Positions 1 through 9,718 are shown, numbered from the stretch's first letter. The stretch is DNA of 30,297 nt from Candidatus Altimarinota bacterium (GCA_041779175.1 JBHBSX010000040.1:1-30297), one strand, 5' to 3'. The notes: generated by a model from the sequence alone, not told the origin. Numbers and translations: made by a program.

Positions 1-2
1 AA

Positions 3-401
3 TCAATTCTTGCTATTGCTGGAATCGCACTTCTTGCTTCTTGTGGACAATCAACTGATACAACAAGCTCAACAACAACTACAACAACCACTTCAACAAC
101 TGATTCAGTTGATTCTGCTGAAGGTCTTGCTTATAATGATGTACAAACATATACAACTCCAGGTGGTGAGGATAATGTTCGTTTTGTTATGACTACTGAT
201 GGTGCGGGAACAGTAAAAACTCTTGAGGCAACTCTTGTTGAGGGGCATGATATTTCTAAGGGTTTTATAGAAAAATTCTCTGAAGGTGCACAAACTCAAA
301 TTGTTGGTAAAAAAATCGCTGATCTTGGTAATATTTCTGCGGTTGGAGGTGCTTCTCTTACAACAGATGCTTTTAAAAAATTTGTAGCAAATAAACAATA
401 A
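3..401 (+). CDS. FMN-binding (flavinylation substrate) lipoprotein, 5' partial
   Basis: Frame 3 is open from the window edge: SILAIAGIALLASC lipobox, Thr/Ser linker, then a domain ending SAVGGASLTTDAF, resembling the [S/T]GA[S/T] flavinylation motif. TAA at 399-401, 1 nt before apbE. Confidence 0.75.
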   Translation, partial: SILAIAGIALLASCGQSTDTTSSTTTTTTTSTTDSVDSAEGLAYNDVQTYTTPGGEDNVRFVMTTDGAGTVKTLEATLVEGHDISKGFIEKFSEGAQTQIVGKKIADLGNISAVGGASLTTDAFKKFVANKQ

Positions 402-402
402 T

Positions 403-1284
403 ATGCAAAAGTTCCAAAAAAAATCTATTGGAAGTATGCTTTTTTTAGAAATCCAGGGGTCGGAAAATTATGAAAAACTTTTTTCTGAAATTTCCGAATT
501 TCTGGATTTTTTTGAAGCAAAATTTTCTCGATTCCTAAAAAATAATTGGCTTTATAATCTTAATAAAACAGGAAAGGCTGAATTGGATGAATATTCTCGA
601 GAGATGATTGTTTTTATTCAAAATATTACTTCCGAATCGCATGGCTATTTTGATCCTACCATTGGCAAGAGATTGACAGAGCTGGGTTATGGAAATCAGG
701 AAATTTTTTTCTCGCCAACCGTTTTTAATCATAGAAGTTTTGATGAAATTATTTCTTTTGATAATAATTATATTTCTGTTGCTCAAGGATTTGAATTGGA
801 ATTTGGTGGGGTTGGAAAGTGATATCTTATTGACTGGATATATGATTTTTTGATAAAAAATTTGAAAAATTCTGAAAATTTTCTCATCAATTTTGGTGGC
901 GATATGAAGTGTCGAGGAGGTTATAGAATTGCATTGGAATCGCCTTTTGCTGAGGATGAGGCTATTGGAATTATTGATTTAGAAAATCAAAGTCTTGCTT
1001 GCAGTGCGTGAACAAAAAGAAAATTTTGAAAAAATTCTCATCATTTGGTAAATCCATTTTCTGGTGTATCTTCTACTGAAGTGGTGGCAACTTTTTTGCT
1101 TTCTGATGCTGAAAAATCTCATTCTGCTATGCTGGTTGACGCTTGGGCAACAACGCTTTCAGTTATGGAATTTGCAAAAGCACAAATTTTTTTACAAAAT
1201 TTTAGTGATATTTCTGGTTTGATCATCAGAGAAAATGGAGAATTTTTCAAAACAGAAAATTCTTCTATACAACTATTTATATAA
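403..1284 (+). CDS. apbE: FAD:protein FMN transferase (ApbE family), 293 aa with TGA=Gly
   Basis: Motifs YFDPTIG, FGGVGK[TGA=G]Y, NFGGD, HHLVNPFSG and VDAWATTL. One frame through 3 TGAs to TAA at 1282-1284. Confidence 0.92.
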
Positions 1285-1293
1285 TTGTCAATT

Positions 1294-2718
1294 ATGATTC
1301 AAAAAATAAATACAACCTTAAAGCCGGTGGAAAATTTTTTATTACAAAATAAAAAATATATTGGCTATGGTATTCTTGCAATGAGTGTATTTGCAATTTA
1401 CTTTTATCAGAGTTATAAACTTTCCCTTCAATGAGCGGAAATTGCTATGATTCTTTTGTGGATTCTTTTGTGGATGCCGATTTTTTCACGAGTTTTTGGG
1501 ATTAAAGTTTTTGCTGCTTTAATGGGATTTCGTAAGGAAATTGGTATTGTTATGGGGATTTTTTCATTGGTGCATTTTTCTCATATGTTCTCTATGCTTG
1601 GTTATTATTTTGAGAAAAATTTGCCACTGGCTCTTCTGGGAATTATTCCACAAATTATTATTTTTCTTCTTACTATCACATCCAATGATATATCCAAAAA
1701 AATTCTTGGAAAAAATTGGAAAAAACTTCATAGAATGGTGTATATAGTTCCATTGCTGATTGTGCTTCAGATAGGGCTTGCACAGGAGTTTGAAGTGCTT
1801 CCAATAGTGATATTGATAGCATATTATTTTTTCAAAATTCTTGAATGGAAAAATCTAAAATTTTTTACAGAAGAAAAAATAAATTATCCAAAGTGACAAA
1901 AATTCCTTTGTGTTCCTTGTGGTTATATTTATGATCCTGTAAAATGAGATATTGAAGATGGTATTGCTCCTGGAACAGAATTTATAGATATTCCTGATAA
2001 TTGGCGTTGTCCAGAATGTGGTGTGACTAAAGCGGATTTTATTCCATATGATGAAAATAATCAAATTCAGGCAATAAAATTGAAAATTTTTCAAAAAATT
2101 TTCTTGAATCCAACAACTATTGAATTGATTTTAGAAAAGCCTGAAAATTTTTCTCCAAAAATTGGTCAATTTGCTACTTTTGAATATGAGGATGAAAACA
2201 GTAAATTCCGTCGTCAGTATTCCGTTGCAAAAAATGAAAATGGAAAAATTCATTTTCTTATCAAGCTCAAAAAAGATGGACGAGGGGCAAAGATTTTGCA
2301 AGAAATTGCTCAAGGAGAAAATATGAATTTTATAGGATTTTTTGGAGATTTTATTCTTCAGGAAAATGAAAATCCAAAGATATTTATTGCAACAGGAACA
2401 GGTTTGGCACCGATTTATTATATGATGAATAATTCCTTAAGAATTTCTAAAAAATTATTTATGTCTGTGGCAACAAAAGATGAAATTTTTTATAAAAATG
2501 AATTAGAAAGTATTGAAAATCTAGAAATTAACTATCATGTGACTCGTGAAGACGTGGAATGATTTCGTTCTGGCCGAATGGTTTCGGAAGAGATTATTGC
2601 GAATATGCCAAAAAATACAGAATTTTATCTCTGTGGTGCGCCTGCAATGGTAGAAAACACAGTGAATTTTATTAAAAATTCTGGATTTGAGAAGGTATAT
2701 TATGAGGAATTTAATTAA
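1294..2718 (+). CDS. Fusion: MsrQ/ferric-reductase-like membrane domain + rubredoxin + FAD/NAD(P)-binding FNR domain, 474 aa
   Basis: One frame from ATG 1294 to TAA 2716-2718 when TGA=Gly. About 6 TM helices with RKEIG...LVH and WKKLHRMVY. Rubredoxin [10 protein letters not shown]...WRCPECG at about 1897-2040. FNR motifs RQYS, GTGLAP, CGAPAM and terminal EEF. Confidence 0.88.
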
Positions 2719-2722
2719 AAAA

Positions 2723-2750
2723 TTTGCAATTTTTTAAAAATATATATAAT
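2723..2750 (+). promoter_or_regulatory. Putative sigma70 promoter of nusA
   Basis: TTTGCA/TTGCAA at 2723-2729 and TATAAT at 2745-2750 (spacer 15-16). Confidence 0.45.
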
Positions 2751-2760
2751 GATTGCAATA

Positions 2761-2790
2761 AAAGGACTGCCCATTTGGGCGTCTTTTTTT
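2761..2790 (+). terminator. Terminator-like hairpin in the nusA leader
   Basis: GAC(T)GCCC-ATTT-GGGCGTC followed by a T run, between the putative promoter and ATG 2807. Confidence 0.55.
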
Positions 2791-2806
2791 CATATAATTT
2801 TATACT

Positions 2807-3898
2807 ATGCTTGATTTACAAAATATCAATGCAGCACTGGAAATTGTGTCTGCCGAGAAAAAAATCCCAAAAGAAAAACTTTTGGAAATTATTGAATCTG
2901 CTATCAAAACAGCATACAAACGTGATTATGCATCAAAAGATGCGGAAGTAAATGTGCATATTGATATGCAAACTGGAAAGCTTGAGATTTCTATCACAAA
3001 AGAAGTAGTGGAAGAAGTGGAAGATGAGGATTTGGAAATTTCTTATGAAGAAATTGGCGGTGCGGAATCTGGTTATGAGATCGGAGATATGGTAGAAATT
3101 GATGTTTCTGATGATATTGAAAGTCTTGATGATTTTGGTCGTATTGCTGCACAGGCTGCCAAGAATGTGATTGTGCAAAAAATTTCTGAAACAGAAAAAG
3201 AAAAGTTGTATCATCTTTTTAAAGACAAAGAAGACACTATTGTGGGAATGCGAGTAGAACTGGTTGAAAAGAATAAAGTTACTTTTGATTATAATGGTAA
3301 TCAGGTAGTTCTTCCAAAAAGCGAACAAAATATCAAAGATCGATATACGCCTGGACAGCGTATGCAAATCTATGTTCGCAAGGTGGAAATTGATGAAACT
3401 ACAGGACCACGTGTGGTGCTTTCTCGTAAAGATAAAGAATTGGTGGTAAAGCTTTTTGAAAACAATACTCCTGAATTGGAAGAAGGAATTGTTGAAATTG
3501 TTTCCATTGCTCGTATGCCAGGAATTAAGACAAAGATTATTGTAGCGTCTGATGATAGTGAAGTTGATCCAGCAGGTTGTCTTATTGGTCCAAAAGGAAT
3601 GCGTGTTCGCACTATTGTAGATGAACTTTTTGGAGAAAAAATTGATGTATTGAATTATACTACTAATAAAGAAGAAATGGTTCGTCGTGCTCTTGTTCCT
3701 GGAGTGGTTGAAAAAATTGAAATTGATGAAGAAAATAATATTATCAATGCAACTGTAAAAAATTCTGAAAAGGCAAAAGTTCTCGGAAAAGGTGGTACTA
3801 ATATCAATATTGCTGGAGATCTTCTGGGTTATCGTATCAATCTGACAACTATTGCTGATGAGAATGAAACTTCTGAAAATATCACTGAAAATAAATAA
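2807..3898 (+). CDS. nusA: Transcription termination/antitermination factor NusA
   Basis: FGRIAAQAAKNVIVQKI, S1 domain, GPRVVLSR, ARMPGIKTKI, and KH motifs CLIGPKG and LGKGGTNI. Confidence 0.97.
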   Translation: MLDLQNINAALEIVSAEKKIPKEKLLEIIESAIKTAYKRDYASKDAEVNVHIDMQTGKLEISITKEVVEEVEDEDLEISYEEIGGAESGYEIGDMVEIDVSDDIESLDDFGRIAAQAAKNVIVQKISETEKEKLYHLFKDKEDTIVGMRVELVEKNKVTFDYNGNQVVLPKSEQNIKDRYTPGQRMQIYVRKVEIDETTGPRVVLSRKDKELVVKLFENNTPELEEGIVEIVSIARMPGIKTKIIVASDDSEVDPAGCLIGPKGMRVRTIVDELFGEKIDVLNYTTNKEEMVRRALVPGVVEKIEIDEENNIINATVKNSEKAKVLGKGGTNINIAGDLLGYRINLTTIADENETSENITENK

Positions 3899-3920
3899 AA
3901 ATCCCAATTTGGGATTTTTA
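3896..3920. terminator. Bidirectional intrinsic terminator (AATCCC/GGGATT family)
   Basis: Perfect inverted repeat TAAAAATCCC-AATTT-GGGATTTTTA between convergent nusA and PAP2. Confidence 0.8.
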
Positions 3921-3972
3921 TTTTGTGCAATTTTCAAAAATTTTTTGAAAAATATTTTTGTGAATTTTTGAA

Positions 3973-4578
3973 TTATAATTTCATATATGAAGCTATTTTT
4001 ATAAGAAATGGTGAAATTTTTTCAATAATTTTCTCAGCATATGGCTTGAAGGCAACAGCACCGAGGCTACCGAACAAAAGTCCCGCAATGATATCCCCAG
4101 GATAATGAACGCCTCACATAACACGACAACAAACGGTGATAATTGCAAGCGCTATAGTGAGTCCAATAAGAAAATAATTTTTGCTATAATACAGCATAGC
4201 CACAACAAAAGCCCCAGAAAACAAGGCATGGCCAGAAGGAAAAGAATTGTCGGTTGGATGTGGAATAAGCGGCGTGATATGTTCTACATTTTTGAGTAGA
4301 TCAAATGGGTGCTGACGCCATTGCGGAACCATAAGATTGATAACCGTGTATATAATAAACACAGAAATAATAAGTCCAAAAACCTGAAGCGAAAGGACTT
4401 TATAAGAATTATCTTTTTTGGCGACACCATAAATCCAAGTTCCCACCAGAAATAACATACACCAAATCACTATGGATTCTGCAAGAATTGTCACGAGTAA
4501 TGCGTATTCTGACGGAATAATTGATTGTGCCGCAATAAGAAGCTCTCTATCAAGATCAAGTAGGGGTTGAATATTCAT
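3973..4578 (-). CDS. PAP2 family phosphatase (undecaprenyl-diphosphatase-like), 201 aa
   Basis: WRQHP, NSFPSGHA and RVM[TGA=G]GVHYPGD motifs. Extended past the TGA at 4114 to TAA at 3975-3973. Confidence 0.9.
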
Positions 4579-4601
4579 ATTTTTTTGAAAAAATCCTTGT
4601 T

Positions 4602-4629
4602 AGTATATGGATTTTTTAATTTTTTACAA
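4602..4629 (-). promoter_or_regulatory. Putative promoter of the PAP2 gene
   Basis: TTGTAA-16-TATACT on the minus strand. Confidence 0.5.
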
Positions 4630-4696
4630 AAATTTTTTAGAGAATACATTGACAATGTGTTTTTTTGGTTTTTATATAATTTTTTATCTAAAAAAG

Positions 4697-4728
4697 AAAA
4701 TCCCACTGATTCCTTAGTTCAGTGGGGG
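4697..4728 (-). terminator. Intrinsic terminator of the orphan gene
   Basis: Minus strand reads CCCACTGA-ACTAAGGAA-TCAGTGGG then ATTTTCTTTTTT, about 17 nt after the stop. Confidence 0.7.
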
Positions 4729-4745
4729 TTGTAGTTTTCTAACTA

Positions 4746-5183
4746 TTAAGAAATTTCTTCCAAATTCCTAATAGTTTTGTTCAAAATATTGTAGTAACAT
4801 GTAAGTTCCAATAGTTGTGTTGCAATTTCTTTCAATAAGTCTTCCTGATTCTTTTTATTATGCTTAAATTTATTATATAAGCTAATTAATAATGGTAATG
4901 CAATAAAACAATTATTAATTGTATTGCTTAAATTTTCTAAGCACAATAAGCTCTTGTCTATGGTTTCAATATAAACAATTTGTTGAATTTCATCCAAGCC
5001 TGACACCTGAATTTGTTCAAGATATCTAATTTCATCATCAAAATTAATTGTATCAATAATTCTACTTTCTGAGAAATTAATGAATGGTAAAGATTTGAAA
5101 TTTTGAACAACACTTTTCAATGAAGGATTTACAATCCTCATCTTTGTAATGAGAATTGAAACTTTCTGTTCTAATTCAGACAT
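4746..5183 (-). CDS. Hypothetical protein (orphan, predicted helical), 145 aa
   Basis: ATG to TAA, with GAAAGGA SD 6 nt upstream, a consensus promoter and its own terminator. No recognisable motif. Confidence 0.7.
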   Translation of the reverse strand: MSELEQKVSILITKMRIVNPSLKSVVQNFKSLPFINFSESRIIDTINFDDEIRYLEQIQVSGLDEIQQIVYIETIDKSLLCLENLSNTINNCFIALPLLISLYNKFKHNKKNQEDLLKEIATQLLELTCYYNILNKTIRNLEEIS

Positions 5184-5229
5184 TTTTTGTCCTTTCTTTT
5201 TTGAAAAAGTTAATAAAAACTACAATATT

Positions 5230-5258
5230 ATTATACGCTAATAAATTAAATTTGTCAA
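5230..5258 (-). promoter_or_regulatory. Consensus sigma70 promoter of the orphan gene
   Basis: TTGACA (5258-5253), 17-bp spacer, TATAAT (5235-5230) on the minus strand. Confidence 0.7.
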
Positions 5259-5284
5259 ATAATTTTCTCAAAAAATAATCCCCA

Positions 5285-7873
5285 TTATTGAGGATTATTC
5301 TGATTATTATTTGGTTTCTTTTTCTTTTTATTTTTTGAAAAATTTTTGGAAGGCTGATTATTGTTATTATTTGGATTTTTATTTTCTGGTGGTTTGAGTG
5401 TTGGATTTGGATTTTGTGTTGGTGCTGGTGGTTGTGGTACTGGTACTGTATTGCTTCAGTCAAGAACCACGCCACGCGCCGCCAATCTTTCTTCCATTTT
5501 TTTGCGATTTTCTTCGGCTTTTTCTGCTTTTTTCTTTTCTACGGCTTCCATTTGTTTTTGACGATATTTTTGTTCGTCTTCACGGACTTTTGCCGCATAT
5601 TCAAAAATTTTTTTCTCAACAAAATCTCGTTTTTTGGTATATTTTTCTCGAGAAACCTTAAGAAGAACATCACGAGATTGTTGAGCGGGAACATCAATTC
5701 GCGACATAAGTGGCGCGAGTGTTGTCGCCGAAAAAACGGGCGAAGGCATTCCGTCTATGAGCAATTTGGTATAGATATCGTATTTTCTAAGATTTGTCAA
5801 GTCATGTGGCGAAATCACATCTTCTCAGCCAAACATTTCATAGAGTACGCTTGCGTCCTGTTGTCCCACCTGAAAGGAAATAATCGTCCCCACATTTCCA
5901 AATACCGCGCCCTGAACCGTGTCGGCCATCTGAGAGATATATTGATTCGCCATAGTGAGCGAAAGTTTATACTTTCGGGCTTCCGAGAGAATAGTGGCAA
6001 ATGAGTCAGTTGCAAAATTCTGGAATTCGTCGACATACAAGCCAAAATCTCGGCGATCTTTTTCGGGAATATCAGCACGAGTCATGGCTTCAATCTGGAA
6101 TTTGGTAACCATCATGGCACCTAGCAATGCGGAAGAATCTTCCCCAATTCGTCATTTTGAAAGGTTGACAATAAAGATTTTTCCATTGTCCATAATCCAA
6201 CGCATAGAAAATGGATTTTTGGGCTGACCAAGAATATTGCGAAGAATCGGCGAAGAAAGGAATTGTCCTACTTTGTTGAGAATAGGATTCACCGCTTCAG
6301 AAACCATATTTGGCGACATTTTGTCAAATTCTTCATTCCAGAATTGAACAAGCAGCGGATCATCGAGTTTTGCAACAATTTTTTTTCGATATCATTCATT
6401 GGTGAGAATGAGCGGAATAGACACGAGAGTGGCTTCAGGAACGCGAAGAAGCGTGAGAATAGTATTACGAAGAATATATTCCAGACGCGGTCCCCAAGAA
6501 TCCGCAAACATTTTTTTGAAAATCGAAACCAGTCCAGAACCTACAATAGGACGAAGTTCTGGCGATGGCGACTCGAGCATATTGAAAGCAATGGGGAATT
6601 CTGTATCCGCGGGATCAAAAAGCACAATATCATTGGTGCGAGATTTTGGAATAGAACGCAAAATCGTCTCAGCAAGATCGCCATGCGGATCAATGAGCCC
6701 CACGCCTCGTCCCGCAAGAATATCGGAATAAATCATATTTTCAAGTAGCGTCGATTTTCCCATACCCGTTTTTCCGATAATATAAGTATGACGAGCACGA
6801 TCTACCGGCTGAATCCCGAAATTTTCTTTTTTTCCACGAAAATTAGAAACCCCAATTGGTGTGTTCGGTTCTTCGGCATGTGGCAAATTGTGTGGCGGTT
6901 CGAATCGGCGAGTTGTCACCCAATTCACTCAAGGCGTCTTGACATAAATGGTCGGCATGTGCACGAGTCCAGCCAGTTCTGTTACTGAGAGAATGCTTTT
7001 GAATGGGGAATATGGAGTCAGCGTTTGTTCATAAGATTTTCGCAAAATTTTTTTGGAAGGGAGAAACTTGGCTCCATGTGGTGATGAGAAAATTGTGAGA
7101 CTGGATGAGAGTTCTTTGTTGCGATGAGATTTGGTGGACGCAAGCAGAATCCTTGTGGAATAACCATAAGTAGCGAATTTTTCTGAAGTTTCTTCGTCTT
7201 TTTTTTCGGAATTATTTTCGGTTTCTGTTGGTTTTGTGATAAAAATTTGGAGAAAAAATTTTAAAAAAATCCAAGGCCAAGTTATCATCCAAATCCACCA
7301 ATTATGCGATAATTGAAAAATTTTTCTTCTGTCGGAAATATTCGAAGCAATGATTTTTTGAGATTTTTCATCACGAAATCTGTCATCTTCCAGCGGCGAA
7401 AAATCCACACGAAAAAATGAAATTTCGTCTTTTCCAGAGTGTGAAAGCACGGAAGTTATAGGCGAAAGCGGATCAATAGTTTCCTTTTCTGTTCGGTCTT
7501 TGAGATTGACATACAGCTTGATAATTTTGTTGCTGATTTTGTCAAGATGTGCTTCTTGAGTAAAAAATTCTTGTGTTGGCAAAAATGGAAGTTCTGATTC
7601 GGTAATTTCTATGTTATTGTAGTGAGCATAGAGTTGCGATTCAAGAAATTCTTTATATTTTTTTGGGGTTTCAAAGAAAAAACGAATGCGTCCAGCTGCA
7701 TGCACGACTAAAAATCGAAAAGTTGGTCGTTTTCGAAAATTGGGAATCAAAGATTTTTTTTCAAAATTGAGAACATCATGGAGAGTCGAAAGCATTTCTT
7801 TTGCAATAAAAACTCATTTTTCATTGTGGCGATCGACAGCAATTTCGAGAATTTGTGTTTCTTCTTTTTTCAT
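5285..7873 (-). CDS. VirD4/TraD-like type IV coupling-protein family ATPase, 862 aa
   Basis: Single frame with TGA=Gly joins five ORF-track fragments. Walker A GKTGMGKST, LIDPHGDLA, WGPRLEYILRN, Walker B YVDEFQNF and SEARKY. P/N/K-rich low-complexity C-tail. Confidence 0.88.
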
Positions 7874-7988
7874 AACAGGGTTAGTATATCATATTTTATT
7901 CTAAATTTCAATTGCTTTTTTGAAAAAAATTTTTATAATTTTTTGGCTTTAAAAATTAAAATTTGAAGAGAAATATTTTTTAAAAATT

Positions 7989-8621
7989 ATGCAAAAAATT
8001 TTTGTAAATGCATCAGAAATGCACATCTCATCTGATTGTTATCTTATTGACAATGGAGAAATAGCAACAGCACATATTACCAGTGAAAAAAATATAAAAA
8101 TTCATTATACGCATATTCCCCAAGAAAATTGTGAAAATATTCGATATTTTTCTTTGGCGGAAAGTGTGGATTTTTGTGGTAATTCTGTGATTTCTGTGAA
8201 TGGAAAGTATATATTTACTACGGAGGCAATAGGAGACGGAGTTCATTCTGCTTTGAATATTCTGGGAATTGCTTCGCACGAGGCTCATATTTCGGCAGAA
8301 GGTATAGCAAAAGTGGACAAGCCATATAAGCAGCTCAATATGAGAGTAGATCAAACCAATATTCTCATCGGTGATAAGTCTATTGTTCGTGGAGTTCCTC
8401 GTCTTGAGATTGCTACTGATGATATTGAGGGTGGACATTCTTGTAAGATACATAGACTTTGAGGAGATTCATTATTTTATCTTGAATCCCATGGAATGAA
8501 TGCAAAGGATGCAGAAATTTTCTTGCTTAATAGTGAGATTTTACGACATTTGAATACACTTCCAGAGGAAGATATGGAGATTTCTTGTAGCAGTATTCAT
8601 AAAAATATTTTAAAAAAATAA
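7989..8621 (+). CDS. SufB/SufD-family Fe-S assembly protein (C-terminal domain only), 210 aa
   Basis: QTNILI...GVPRLEIATDDIEGGHS...LFYLESHG resembles the SufD C-terminus. Extended through the TGA at 8460. Confidence 0.75.
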
Positions 8622-8642
8622 TCCCGAAATTTGGGATTATTT
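8616..8642. terminator. Bidirectional terminator overlapping both stop codons
   Basis: AAATAATCCC-GAAATTT-GGGATTATTT. Contains the TAA of the SufD-like gene (8619-8621) and of fieF (8639-8637). Confidence 0.8.
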
Positions 8643-9518
8643 TTTGTCTTCATATTCATCATTATATGGATCAAGATGGAACATAATTGACCATTTGCTT
8701 TCGGTATCAAGTTTTTTGATAGAATCTTCAATTTGATGAGAAACTCTGTGTGCGTCAATAAGTGAAATTTTTTCATTAAAAACCAAATGCGCTTCCACGA
8801 ATTTAATTCCACCTGATTCTCGAGTACGAAAATTGTGATAATCTGTAAGTTTTTTGTTATTATCAAGAATATCAAGAATTTTTTCTACTTGCATTTCATC
8901 CAATGAAACATCAAGAAGGAGCAAAAATCATTTTTTAATAATATCAAAAGCTGAAAAGGCAATATAAATTGCAATTCCCAAACCAATAATTGCATCAATA
9001 AAATACCAATTTGTCCAAGAAATAATAACAAGTCCAGTAAGAATAGCAAGATTGGAGAGGAGATCAGTTTTATAGTGAAGTGAATCTGAAGCAATAACAA
9101 TATTTCTTGTTTTTTTGGCTACAGAATCAAGATAAGTTACCAACGCACCAGTAATGATAACAGAAAAAATCATCACAATCACACCAATTCCTGTTTCTTC
9201 TACTGGTTTATTATAAATAAGTTTAGAAACAGATTCATAAGCAATAAATACGCCAGCCAAAGTTATAATAATTCATTCCAAGAATGCAGCCAATGCTTCA
9301 ATCTTTCCACGACCATAATTGAATTGATCATCAGGATCTTTTCAGGCATTTTTGACAGCAACAAAGTTGAAAATGGAAATTCCCATATCAAGAAGTGAGT
9401 CAATGGCACTTGAAAGAATAGCAATGGATCATGAAAAAATTCAAACAGTAAGTTTTACTCCTGCGAGAATTATGGCGGTTGCTGTGGCTATTATGGTAGC
9501 CTTTTGTTCAATTTTCAT
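8637..9518 (-). CDS. fieF: Cation diffusion facilitator (FieF/YiiP-like), 293 aa
   Basis: MKIEQKATII..., TM2 DSLLD, NYGRGKIE, TM5 DSLHYKTD and C-terminal HLDP. TGA=Gly at several positions. Confidence 0.88.
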
Positions 9519-9601
9519 AAAAATTTTTTAAAAATTTTAATAAAAAATCCCAAACAAAACGGACTAAGAAACTCATTTTGAATGGGGTTTGGAAATCACT
9601 G

Positions 9602-9679
9602 TGGAGGCGCCAATCGGATTTGAACCGATGACTTTAGAGCTTTGCAGGCCCTTGCAATTGACCACTCTGCCATGGCGCC
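9602..9679 (-). tRNA. tRNA-Cys(GCA) with encoded CCA
   Basis: Acceptor stem GGCGCCA/TGGCGCC, anticodon loop CT-GCA-AA, T arm ATCGG-TTCAAAT-CCGAT, discriminator U, then CCA. Confidence 0.95.
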
Positions 9680-9718
9680 AAGTGATTTTATTATATAGAA
9701 AATTTTAAAAATGCAAAT

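Noticed and set aside
50-115. CAACAA-rich repeats
   Set aside because: They encode the Thr/Ser linker of the lipoprotein; ordinary low complexity.
5285-5460. AAT/CCA repeats at the end of the VirD4-like gene
   Set aside because: They encode an N/P/K-rich disordered tail, not an independent element.
5285-7873. Conjugative element or ICE
   Set aside because: No relaxase, mating-pair genes, integrase or att repeats in the window.
9545-9679. tRNA-Cys as an integration site or island boundary
   Set aside because: No integrase, no duplicated tRNA 3' end seen in the window, and housekeeping-type genes on both sides.
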